A stretch of DNA of 60,115 nt, counting the filler, from Nemertoderma westbladi (taxonomy: Eukaryota; Animalia; Xenacoelomorpha): the NCBI GenBank assembly GCA_032718475.1. It is 3 parts of 3 records of this genome, joined end to end, with 100 filler letters (N's around TTAATTAATTAA, not from the genome) between each part and the next. Parts side by side here need not be neighbours in the genome. Positions count along the whole stretch, not along the records: positions 28,977 to 60,115 come from JAUCBJ010006955.1; 2 more parts are not named here. The stretch is one strand, 5' to 3'. Below are positions 48,075 to 60,115 of the stretch, piece by piece. The notes below the pieces were generated by a model. That model ran no database searches and had not been told where the DNA came from. It saw only the letters and a program-made list of their open reading frames with translations. Positions within the stretch are counted from its first letter, which is position 1; every line of letters starts with the position of its first letter. Position numbers and translations under genes: made by a program.

Positions 48075-48191
48075 TGATTTTTATAGGTATAGATTGATAA
48101 TGAAAGCGCTGAGCTACCGAAATATACATGTAATTATATTTGACATTTGATTAATAATATTTAACTTGCTCCAACCCAGAATTTTTCATCG
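47266..48191. mobile_element. Inverted-repeat-bounded element just upstream of the ROCO exon
   Basis: 46-bp perfect inverted pair at 47266-47311 and 48146-48191, extending with mismatches in both directions. Confidence 0.7.
47510..48093 (-). mobile_element. Two head-to-tail non-autonomous Helitron-like copies (47510-47789, 47791-48093) with (AG)n microsatellite
   Basis: On the minus strand, copy 2 has an A|TC 5' end, a subterminal GC-rich hairpin (ccgggtaacatgcctcgg) and a CTAG|T 3' end. Copy 1 ends CCAG. Confidence 0.75.
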
Positions 48192-48257
48192 AATATAACT
48201 GACATCTCAAACTTTCTTATAGTTAATCCAAAATTACGTATTATAGCAAGGATAAAC

Positions 48258-48448
48258 GGACAATAGGCGGGACAATAGGCGGGACAAAAGGCGGGACAAA
48301 AGGCGGGACATTAGGCGGGATAATAGGCGGGACAATAGGCGGGACAATAGGCAGGACAATATGCGGGGCAATAGGCGGGACAAGAGGCGGGACAATAGGC
48401 GGGACAATAGGCGGGACAATAGGCGGGACAATAGGCGGGACAATAGGA
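48258..48448. repeat. 12-bp minisatellite (GGACAATAGGCG), ~16 copies
   Basis: Direct reading; the source of the RLLS and PPIV pseudo-ORFs. Confidence 0.9.
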
Positions 48449-48521
48449 TGGTTAAAATTATAAAAATATGTTTTTTGCAATATTTCTGAGCCGAAGTGAA
48501 GCTGAAATACAATATCTCACT

Positions 48522-51500
48522 GATACTGTATACTGTTAATATAAACAACTACCCGCGATACTGTATACTGTTAATATAAACAACTACCCGCGATACTGTA
48601 TACTGTTAATATAAACAACTACCCGGCGATACTGTATACTGTTAATATAAACAACTACCCGCGATACTGTTAATATAAACAACTACCCGCGATACTGTAT
48701 ACTGTTACTATAAACAACTACCCGCGATACTGTATACTGTTAATATAAACAACTACCCGCGATACTGTATACTGTTAATATAAACAACTACCCGCGATAC
48801 TGTATACTGTTACTATAAACAACTACCCGCGATACTGTATACTGTTAATATAAACAACTACCCGCGATACTGTATACTGTTAATATAAACAACTACCCGC
48901 GATACTGTATACTGTTAATATAAACAACTACCCGCTATACTGTATACTGTTAATATATAAACAACTACCCGCGATACTGTATACTGTTACTATAAACAAC
49001 TACCCATGATACTGTATACTGTTAATATAAACAACTACCTGCGATACTGTTAATATAAACAACTACCCGCGATACTGTATACTGTTAATATAAACAACTA
49101 CCTGCGATACTGTTAATATAAACAACTACCCGCGATACTGTATACTGTTAATATAAACAACTACCCGCGATACTGTATACTGTTACTATAAACAACTACC
49201 CATGATACTGTATACTGTTACTATAAACAACTACCCATGATACTGTATACTGTTAATATAAAAACAACTACCCGCGATACTGTATACTGTTAATATAAAC
49301 AACTACCCGCGATACTGTTAATATAAACAACTACCCGCGATACTGTATACTGTTAATATAAAAACAACTACCCGCGATACTGTATACTGTTAATATAAAC
49401 AACTACCCGCGATACTGTATACTGTTAATATAAACAACTACCCGCGATACTGTATACTGTTAATATAAACAACTACCCGCGATACTGTATACTGTTAATA
49501 TAAACAACTACCCGCGATACTGTATACTGTTAATATAAACAACTATACCCGCGATACTATATACTGTTAATATAAACAACTACCCGCGATATTGTATACT
49601 GTTAATATAAACAACTACCCGCGATACTGTTAATATAAACAACTACCCGCGATACTGTATACTGTTAATATAAACAACTACCCGCGATACTGTATACTGT
49701 TAATATAAACAACTACCCGCGATACTGTATACTATTAATATAAACAACTACCCGCGATACTGTATACTGTTAATATAAACAACTACCCGCGATACTGTAT
49801 ACTGTTAATATAAACAACTACCCGCGATACTGTATACTGTTAATATAAACAACTACCCGCGATACTGTTAATATAAACAACTACCCGCGATACTGTATAC
49901 TGTTAATATAAACAACTACCCATGATACTGTATACTGTTAATATAAACAACTACCCGCGATACTGTATACTGTTACTATAAACAACTACCCGCGATACTG
50001 TATACTGTTACTATAAACAACTACCCGCGATACTGTATACTGTTAATATAAACAACTACCCGCGATACTGTATACTGTTAACATAAACAACTACCCGCGA
50101 TACTGTATACTGTTAATATAAACAACTACCCGCGATACTGTATACTGTTAATATAAACAACTACCCATGATACTGTATACTGTTAATATAAACAACTACC
50201 CGCGATACTGTATACTGTTAATATAAACAACTACCCGCGATACTGTATACTGTTAATATAAACAACTACCCGCGATACTGTATACTGTTAATATAAACAA
50301 CTACCCGCGATACTGTTAATATAAACAACTACCCATGATATTGTATACTGTTACTATAAACAACTACCCATGATACTGTATACTGTTAATATAAACAACT
50401 ACCCGCGATACTGTATACTGTTAATATAAACAACTACCCATGATACTGTATACTGTTAATATAAACAACTACCCGCGATACTGTATACTGTTAATATAAA
50501 CAACTACCCGCGATACTGTATACTGTTAATATAAACAACTACCCGCGATACTGTATACTGTTAATATAAACAACTACCCATGATACTGTATACTGTTAAT
50601 ATAAACAACTACCCGCGATACTGTATACTGTTAATATAAACAACTACCCGCGATACTGTATACTGTTAATATAAACAACTACCCATGATACTGTATACTG
50701 TTAATATAAACAACTACCCGCGATACTGTATACTGTTAATATAAACAACTACCCATGATACTGTATACTGTTACTATAAACAACTACCCGCGATACTGTA
50801 TACTGTTAATATAAACAACTACCCGCGATACTGTATACTGTTAATATAAACAACTACCCGCGATACTGTATACTGTTAATATAAACAACTACCCGCTATA
50901 CTGTATACTATTAATATAAACAACTACCCATGATACTGTATACTGTTAATATAAACAACTACCCGCGATACTGTATACTGTTAATATAAACAACTACCTG
51001 CGATACTGTTAATATAAACAACTACCCGCGATACTGTATACTGTTAATATAAACAACTACCCGCGATACTGTATACTGTTAATATAAACAACTACCCGCG
51101 ATACTGTATACTGTTAATATAAACAACTACCCGCGATACTGTATACTGTTAATATAAACAACTACCCGCTATACTGTATACTATTAATATAAACAACTAC
51201 CCATGATACTGTATACTGTTAATATAAACAACTACCCGCGATACTGTATACTGTTAATATAAACAACTACCTGCGATACTGTTAATATAAACAACTACCC
51301 GCGATACTGTATACTGTTAATATAAACAACTACCCATGATACTGTATACTGTTAATATAAACAACTACCCGCGATACTGTATACTGTTAATATAAACAAC
51401 TACCCATGATACTGTATACTGTTAATATAAACAACTACCCGCGATACTGTATACTGTTAATATAAACAACTACCCATGATACTGTATACTGTTAATATAA

Positions 51501-52045
51501 ACAACTACCCGCGATACTGTATACTGTTAATATAAACAACTACCCGCGATACTGTATACTGTTACTATAAACAACTACCCGCGATACTGTATACTATTAA
51601 TATAAACAACTACCCATGATACTGTATACTGTTAATATAAACAACTACCCGCGATATACTGTATACTGTTAATATAAACAACTACCCATGATACTGTATA
51701 CTGTTAATATAAACAACTACCCGCGATACTGTATACTGTTAATATAAACAACTACCCGCGATACTGTATACTGTTAATATAAACAACTACCCGCGATACT
51801 GTTAATATAAACAACTACCCGCGATACTGTATACTGTTAATATAAACAACTACCCGCGATACTGTATACTGTTACTATAAACAACTACCCGCGATACTGT
51901 ATACTGTTACTATAAACAACTACCCGCGATACTGTATACTGTTAATATAAACAACTACCCGCGATACTGTATACTGTTAATATAAACAACTACCCGCGAT
52001 ACTGTATACTGTTAATATAAACAACTATACCCGCGATACTGTATA
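48522..52045. repeat. 35-bp satellite (GATACTGTATACTGTTAATATAAACAACTACCCGC), ~100 copies
   Basis: Direct reading; recurrent 7-bp-deleted units and cccatg variants. Confidence 0.97.
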
Positions 52046-52046
52046 A

Positions 52047-52271
52047 CCCGCAGGAAGTTTCAGACTAATTACTTAAAAATTGTAGAAGTAGTAGGGTTTT
52101 GAAGTTGACAATTTCATGAAAAAAATATTTGGAGATAATCGACCTTTCATTATACATAGTAATAGTAATTTCAATAGGATTCCCTAAATGGAAATTTACA
52201 TAACTTGAAAACTAAAAGAGCTATTAAATAGCGGTTTTCAGATTTGGAAACACCATTCAATGGTGCATTAT
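52047..52271 (-). mobile_element. Dispersed repeat, inverted copy of 35417-35642
   Basis: Reverse-complement alignment by eye; directly abuts the 35-bp array through a shared ACCCGC. Confidence 0.85.
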
Positions 52272-53199
52272 AATAGACCATAAAAAGAAAATTTCGACGT
52301 ATTTTGGTCCAAAATGGTGTATCCCCCCCTTAAAATTTTTTTACAAAGTTTAAGTTGACTCGTTTTGAAACTGTTTCGAAAATTTCAACAAATTTGCTCC
52401 GATTTAAAGAGGGTTGGGAAAGAAGGTTAAACTCATGCATGCAATATGTAAAATAGACTGTCCATAATTACATTGGAAAACTTTTAAATGAAAACATGTA
52501 AAACGCCACAATGAACATTATTTATGGAGAGTGTTATAGTTTTTACTGACAGTGTTGGTGGTGGGCTTAAAATTTGAATGTAAATAATGGTAATTGGTAA
52601 ATAAAATGTATCGATTTACAGTTTTAAGCGGTCTTATATAATGGCTATAAACGTGACGAATATAACGTGTCAGTTCTAGACTCGCATATATAGATCCAAC
52701 AGATTTGGCAACTCACGAAACTATTCAAATACGAACAAATTTATATACATATATTTTTATAATAATTTATTTTACCAGGAATAAAACGACATTAAAAATT
52801 GTACTTTCTTTGATGAGTGGCACTTATATACTTATATGAACTTACATTACTATTTTTCCACAATCACTGTTCTGTACACTTGTAATTTTTGAATAAGACA
52901 CTTACTCTGCCATAAACAGTACAATAATTCCACACTTATTGTAACATGAGAAAACCTACCAAATCCAATGATACATTTCTTTGTTTGTGGGAAAGTATGT
53001 TTGTTTGTGGTGGTGGGAATTTTCAAAAAGGTCAGGGTATCATATTCTGTATCACTACCCGTCTAAATACTACAGTGTAAAGTTGTTCCAAACAGTATTC
53101 CAAACCGTATGAGTCAAAAATCATCTCCCTACTGCACGAGAATTTAACTCGCAGAAATAAGCTGTTTCCTTATTAAAAATTGTATTAGTTCAACTCAGA

Positions 53200-53900
53200 G
53201 CAGAGGACCCCAGGTAACCGGAATTTTCAATTTTAAATTTAAATTTTTACGTTAGCGTTTTATAAAAGTGTCTTTTACGAAATTGTTGCCTTCGTTTCGC
53301 TGCCATTTTTCTCATCAATAGTGATTTATTTTTTATATATTTTTGAAAGCTTGCATTGCGAGGATTCCAAATATGTATCGATGTCTAAATTTCGTTGAGA
53401 AACAAATGAGATATGGGCGTTCTAAGATTGCAAGAATTATCTTTCATTATAATATACCAGTTATTTATGTATATGTGTAGGTAGCTATGCATACATAAAT
53501 ATAATAATATATTATAAATAGGATAAATAAATGGGATTTTTATAATAATTTTTTTTAAATTTTAATTTAATTTTTTTAAAATAATATCACGTTCTAGAAT
53601 GTTGTATTTATATTAATTATAATAAATGACTTCCAGCGAATGATAATTTATCACAATCTTTGAACGCCAGTATTATATCTCAGCTGTTTCTCAACGAAAC
53701 TCAAAATATATTTATATTTGGAAACCTTACAACTCAAGCTTTCTAATAATATGTCGTTGTGGCTAATATGAGGAATGGTCGTGATGCAATGAGGGCGATA
53801 TCGCAAACGTTAAATGTCTACAAATTCAAAATAGAAAATTCTATGTAGCTCCATGTTAAATAAAGTATGATAAAGATTTGTATAAAAATAAGGTGGGGTG
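53200..53900. mobile_element. Diverged copy of the foldback element at 9712-10785
   Basis: aagcttgcattgcgaggattccaaa...aagattgcaagaatt and caatctttgaa...tctcagctgtttctcaacgaaa match the left and right arms. Confidence 0.75.
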
Positions 53901-53954
53901 TGGGTTAGGAATGTCCCTTCTTATCTAAAATTACACTTTAATACGGGCAAGGTG

Positions 53955-54048
53955 TTGTGGGGCGAGCCACGAAGTTGGCGGAGCCTTAGCGAATTGACAC
54001 TGTTAGGGGGTGGGTCAATTTATGCAAATAGTTGTCGTCGTCGTCGTT

Positions 54049-54105
<57 letters not shown>

Positions 54106-55603
54106 GTCGTCGTCGTTACGATTTTGACATGCTAATAACTTTGTCGGATTTAAAGCTGCCAAGTTGAAAATTTGTAGGTATCAATATGAGCAAAAGTTGA
54201 GATTTTTGAGAGACTTTCAGACACCATCAGTGCAATGGTCTCCCGCTAGAGGGCCACATGTCTAAACATTAAATGCCCTCCCATTTCTTTGCTTTTAATC
54301 CGTTTAAGCTGAAACTTGGCAGATATGTATTAGACCATTAGCTGTGACTTTCAAAGGAGGCGAATCCATCTGCAGTTCTCCAGTCTGCCGCTAGAGGGCC
54401 AAAGGTCTGAAAGTGAAATCGTTGTCGTCGTTACGATTTTGACATGCTAATAACTTTGTCGGATTTAAAGCTGCCAAGTTGAAAATTTGTAGGTATCAAT
54501 ATGAGCTAAAGTTGAGATTTTTGAGAGACTTTCAGACACCATCAGTGCAATGGTCTCCCGCTAGAGGGCCACATGTCTAAACATTAAATGCCCTCCCATT
54601 TCTTTGCTTTTAATCCGTTTAAGCTGAAACTTGGCAGATATGTATTAGACCATTAGCTGTGACTTTCAAAGGAGGCGAATCCATCTGCAGTTCTCCAGTC
54701 TGCCGCTAGAGGGCCAAAGGTCTGAAAGTGAAATCGTTGTCGTCGTTACGATTTTGACATGCTAATAACTTTGTCGGATTTAAAGCTGCCAAGTTGAAAA
54801 TTTGTAGGTATCAATATGAGCTAAAGTTGAGATTTTTGAGAGACTTTCAGACACCATCAGTGCAATGGTCTCCCGCTAGAGGGCCACATGTCTAAACATT
54901 AAATGCCCTCCCATTTCTTTGCTTTTAATCCGTTTAAGCTGAAACTTGGCAGATATGTATTAGACCATTAGCTGTGACTTTCAAAGGAGGCGAATCCATC
55001 TGCAGTTCTCCAGTCTGCCGCTAGAGGGCCAAATGTCTGAAAGTGAAATCGTTGTCGTCGTTATGATATTGACATGCTTATAACTTTGTCGAATTTAAAG
55101 CTGCCAAGTTGAAAATTCGTTTTGTTGAAAATCAGTTCAACAGTCACCCGCTATAGGACTACTTTATGCCTGAAAGTGAATAGATTCTCCCGTCTCATTG
55201 ATTTTAATCAGTTTAAGCTGAATCTTGCCATATATTCTGGACCACATGCTGCGTCTTTGTGGGGGGGGGGGGGGGGGGGGAGATTTAATCGGTCTGCCGC
55301 TATACGACGAAATTTCTGAAAGTGAGATCCGTCTCTCATTTCGTTATCCGTTATTCAAGATGAAACTTGGCCGATGTACGTATGTACTATTCATCCATAG
55401 GCTGTGTCTTTGTGGGGCTGGAGACCCTAATCCATCTTCAGTTCTCACTATACCGCTAGAGTCAGAAATGTCTGAATAGAAATGAAAGAGGTGAAAAGTG
55501 ATTAGGCGAAATCTGCTTAAAATTTGCTAATACAGTAATACTTTCGAATTAGTACTTAAATTAAATTTAAGTCACGTGCTGCGCGAAGGCCCCACTTCGT
55601 GTA
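53955..55603 (+). mobile_element. Helentron/HINE-like non-autonomous element with internal 315-bp tandem repeats
   Basis: 5' TTGTGGGGCGAGCCACGAAGT and 3' ...GCGAAGGCCCCACTTCGTGTA share short subterminal inverted motifs. (GTC)n microsatellite. 315-bp units start at 54121, 54436, 54751 and 55066. Confidence 0.7.
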
Positions 55604-56364
55604 TATTATAATATACCTTGTTGTATGCCTAAGTAATGAGACTGTGTGGCAGACCTAAAAATGAAAGTTTTTATTATACATTACCGGTTGTATTCTCTTA
55701 CAGTTACTTTACTGCATTGCAGTACCGGTAGCCCTATTGGCACCATTATAGTTTGTTTATTTAAGTAGAACTACCAGTTGGTTAAAACGCCATTGATACA
55801 AACCAATAACAAACAACCTAACAGATACCTAAATACATAATATTATTAAGCTAATTGCTTATGTTATAATAATGTTACAATACTTAATATGTTTTTTATT
55901 TTTTCAAGTGATTTGCGTTAATAAATGTATTTTTAATTGATTTAAACATAATTAACATTGTAAATTCATACGCTGATTCCATTCTCCCCCATAGAGCCTA
56001 AGGCATGGCAAGGGCAGCCGTGCCCAATAATATTTCTTGAAGTTTTACAGTTGGCAAGCTAAAGTCAGTGGCCAAGCCAGTGCCTAGGCTAGTACACAAG
56101 GACATAGTAGTCCAGTAGAAGGAATAGTGCTCCTTCAATACATCTCAACAGACATCAATTCATTTGCCTGTGCCTACCAACGCGTGCTCCATAACATAAC
56201 ATATATTCTTGATTTCCATCACCTCTCACCACAATTATTATTAGTAATTAAAAGTTTCAATTCGATTTGTCTTTCCGTTATCTGGTTATTCAGTTATTGC
56301 ATTATTAATAAATAAATGTTTTAAAATATATCTTACGAAATATGGTTAATATTTAAAACTTGTC

Positions 56365-57050
56365 GCTAACATTCTCGCTATGGGGGTTTTAAGGAGTGCT
56401 GATTACATTTCTGATGTCAGTTTTCACGTTTACATAAATCTAGTCTGTCTGTCTGTCGGTCATTCTGTCAGTCAGTCTGTCAAAACTTAAAAGATAATTC
56501 AAATTAACTAACATTCTCGCTATGGGGGTTTTAAGGGGTGCTGATTTCATTTCTGATGTCAGTTTTCAGGTTTACATAAATCTAGTCTGTCTGTTTGTCG
56601 GTCTTTCTGTCAGTCAGTCAGTCTGTCAAAACTTAAAAAAGAATACAAACTAACTAACATTCTCGTTATGGGGGTTTTAATGGGTGCTGATTTTATTTTA
56701 GATGTCAGTTTTCACGTTTAAAAAAATCTAGTCTGTCTGTTTGTCGGTCTTTCTGTCAGTCAGTCAGTCTGTCAAAACTTAAAAAAGAATACAAACTAAC
56801 TAACATTCTCGTTATGGGGGTTTTAATGGGTGCTGATTTTATTTTAGATGTCAGTTTTCACGTTTAAAAAAATCTAGTCTGTCTGGCTGTCGGTCTTTCT
56901 GTCAGTCAGTCTGTGAAAACTTAAGAAAGTATACTAACTAACCAACATTCTCGCTATGGGGGTTTTAAGGGTTGCTGATTTCATTTCTGATGTCAGTTTA
57001 CACGTTTACATAAATCTAGTCTGTCTGTCTGTCGGTCTCTCTGTCAGTCT
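56365..57050. repeat. ~143-bp tandem array (~5 copies) with (GTCT/GTCA)n microsatellite, likely the core of a non-autonomous element
   Basis: aacattctcg(c/t)tatgggggtttta recurs near 56369, 56510, 56656, 56802 and 56944. Confidence 0.85.
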
Positions 57051-57227
57051 GAACTACTGTACTGTGGTTGGCATTACGCCATATACCTAACACTAATAAT
57101 ACAGTCTACAATACAGCCTATCTACAGTACAGAATGGATTTTTTGCCATGAAGAGCAATAAATGTCATTAATACTATCCACCAGTATACCTACTCCAAGA
57201 GCCTTCCAATAAAACATGTATTCCAGC

Positions 57228-57300
57228 ATGACGTCCACTGCACGTCTTCGTGCTGTCCATGGTGACGTGCAGTGGACGTCATTAGGCTCTAAGGGGTTAA
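57228..57300. mobile_element. Solo piggyBac-like terminus with 19-bp subterminal inverted repeat
   Basis: ATGACGTCCACTGCACGTC / GACGTGCAGTGGACGTCAT, followed by ...AAGGGG|TTAA. Confidence 0.55.
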
Positions 57301-57314
57301 GCAACACGGTCCCT

Positions 57315-57660
57315 ACTTCGCCCTGTCGACACCCCAGCCATTTTCCACCAATCCTTTTTTAGAGTTTATTAATTTTTTTGGTATTGGTGAAAGTTCTACA
57401 ACATTAGTAGATATGTTTTTTATGATAGCTAGTGTTTTTTTGCTAGCTAGTATTTTTTGAAATTATAAAAAATGTGAAAGTCCATGATATTTCAGGTTAA
57501 ACTGTTGAAGAATATATTAATGACCAAAATAATTTCCAAAAATTACTAGCTAGTAAAAAATACTAGCTATATACCATAAAAAATCTACTAAGGTTCTAGA
57601 ACATTCACTAATATAAAAAAGCACTCAAAATCACAAAAAAATAAAGGTTAAAAAACTCAT
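57315..57660. mobile_element. Internally palindromic MITE-like repeat related to 7840-8100
   Basis: Same start motif; 57375-57460 and 57540-57625 are imperfect inverted copies. Confidence 0.55.
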
Positions 57661-60115
57661 TCGGGACCCTTTTGCTTAAGGAGTCAAAATTGTAGAACAA
57701 ATTCCCGAAGTTTGCGACGTTTGCGAAATTCGCGAAGAATTCGTCAGTTTCTGTGCCCTAATGGTTTCGTGACGAAACAATCAAATCTTACACACTTAAC
57801 ACACACGAACTAATTTAATGTGGGTATTAGTATGCCTGAATAATTAAATAGAAATTAAATTAATGAACGCTATTACAACATGAAATCTACGGAATCAATA
57901 CACAACACACGCACACTACTGAATTTAAAAATTTATATAGATTGCAACTTATATTTGGCTACCTTTTAATGGGTGATTAATTTAATTATTCACCCTTATA
58001 TATTTGTAGCCTTTTTAATTTGTGCCTCTAATTGAATCAAACATTAAACTAAAATATATGTCACAATATTGGTCTGTCGGTAGCTGGTCAATGAGTCTCT
58101 CATAAATTTGTTAATTAGTCGCTGTTCATTCATTGAACATTTGAACACGTGCTGCTCGAAGACCCCACAACGTGTTACATTATTACTGGAACCAAACCGC
58201 ACCTAAAACTATCCGACTACAGGGACTATGTTGTAATAACTTCTGATTTTCAGTGGTCTATATTCTGATATTAGACTAATTTAAATTTCGTTCCCATGGT
58301 ACCCAATATTGGCAGGAGGCAGTGAAGTTTAATGTTCAGTTAATCCGCATCATATCGGTAAGTAAATTATTAATTAAATAAAATTAAATTAAAGAATAAT
58401 AATTAATGTAATTAATTCAATTAAGTGGTCAGTAATGGTTGACCGATGCGCCTGTAAATAGCCTCTCGTCAACAAGTCAACCCCACCGACTAGCGGTACT
58501 GGCTGTTTTTGCTGACGGGGCTCTGTCGAACAACGCGTCCCTGATAGCAGTAAAGGGGGTCTCTTTATTGAGAGGCAGTATTATTATTGCCGCGGAACTG
58601 CCCCAACTCATCACCTCTCCCACTCTCGCTCTCCGACGAAAATGAACATAAAATCAACACACACCAACCCACTACCCTACCCCACACCGCGACACCCACC
58701 CACACCTACGATCTGAAAGATTGTACCCAATACAAAAAAAACAGGATAAGTTGAATCATACAACTAAAGCGGTAAGCTTGCAAGACGAATGCATGATTTA
58801 CTGAGAATATCGGTCATAATCTCACTTCATGGAATACTGTACATAATTGTACAAAACTTTTACTAAATTAATTGCAATGCTCACCTATCATTTCGCCGAG
58901 TGTCAATACATACTCTTACATACTCATGCATGTTAAAAATTAAGGTAATTGGTACTGTACAAATCTGACAAATACTGGGATTGTAATTCATCTAGCATGA
59001 TATAAACTAACGAACAAATTGGCAATTAATATGGCTGATATTTACTTCTTTTCATGTGGATTTTTCAGAAATATTTCAATTGCATTAATTTACATATTTT
59101 CAGGCCCTTTCATCCCATTTTACCAAATTTTTTACTTTCAGGGATTTTAATTTCCATGCGGTATAGGGTTCCGCAACTTTTAGTGGCAACACTAGAGACA
59201 TCTAACCCAGGGTAGGGTATTCCTTAAATACCCCCTGTAGGTGTTGGGCTGGGCTCCTATGGGTAAGATACAGCATAGCGCACTACCCAACTAACAAATT
59301 TCCAACTAAATCTTCCACTTTTCTTCTCTAAAACGCTCAAACTACCGTCCCAACTTCAGAAAAACAGAATAAAATTGGATTAGTTAGTAATAAATACTAT
59401 TACTATTTAATAAAGGTTCTATACCTATAATGATAACGGACAATATCTCTCCTAAATACCCAACAAAACAATCCATCTAAACACTATTCCCCTCCCAATT
59501 AACAGATTACCACTACATCTCACTATACCACATCAAAAATCAATGTCACATCACCACTGCCCTTTCATTACATTTATAATGATATCAACAACCCAAAGAT
59601 ACCCCATTTGCTATCATCTTATTGATAAAGCGCGATTTTATCGATGGAGATAAAATTATACCCCTGTTATATTGAATATTCACCAAGCATCAACCTGAAA
59701 AGAACAAACCAACAACATCTATGGGAAATTTTTTAAAACGAATAAACATGTCAACTGTTGATTTATGACTCCAGCTAATGGACTATAATAAACAAACACC
59801 AGTGACTCTCGAATTACAGACCTTCCAACCACCACGCAATGCTCCCATTCCTACACCATTAATGAAACACTCATAACCGACCTTAGGATTAGCCTCCCCT
59901 CCATTCCCCACACGGCGGGCAGCATTATTAGTCCTTCAGAATATGAGTCATCAATATCAAATACTGTCAACCCCTACAGGCAACAGACCAACTATCCCAC
60001 TGACTTATACAAAATGAACCAATAATGACGAGAGCAATATATGAGATAGAGGTTACACATTTAACCTGATAACAACCATTACGATCAGAGAAAACATGCC
60101 TCATATTAACAAACA

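Noticed and set aside
48234-48548. RLLS and PPIV repeat ORFs
   Set aside because: Products of a 12-bp minisatellite.
30981-52045. Tandem arrays as CRISPR arrays
   Set aside because: Units are head-to-tail with no unique spacers, there are no cas genes, and the context is eukaryotic.
35417-55603. One giant TIR transposon or inverted duplication carrying the ROCO gene
   Set aside because: The inverted pairs are interleaved rather than nested (35.4k/52.2k versus 43.3k/54k). I saw no TSD or transposase, so independent insertions are the simpler explanation.

Overview
AT-rich, repeat-dense eukaryotic DNA, most likely from an invertebrate animal. It consists of three contigs joined by artificial 100-bp linkers (N44-TTAATTAATTAA-N44), so adjacency across 13907-14006 and 28877-28976 is not guaranteed. 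Host genes: the 3' part of WDR36/UTP21 (two exons, +); an uninterrupted kinesin-2 KIF17/OSM-3-like ORF (-); two exons of one CUB domain (+); and a 3.3-kb uninterrupted ORF (-) for a kinase-less ROCO protein. That protein appears to read APAF-1-like winged helix, Roc GTPase, COR, Cys/His cluster, tandem CARD-CARD, and is the best candidate for an undescribed innate-immune or cell-death signalling module. The rest is mobile DNA (RTE, CR1/L2-group and Penelope-like retroelement fragments; tRNA-derived SINEs; hAT, foldback, Helitron- and Helentron-like non-autonomous elements) and several kb-scale satellites. At least one satellite was clearly born from retroelement coding sequence, and two more probably arose inside transposons. 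All calls are by eye from motifs; no searches were run.
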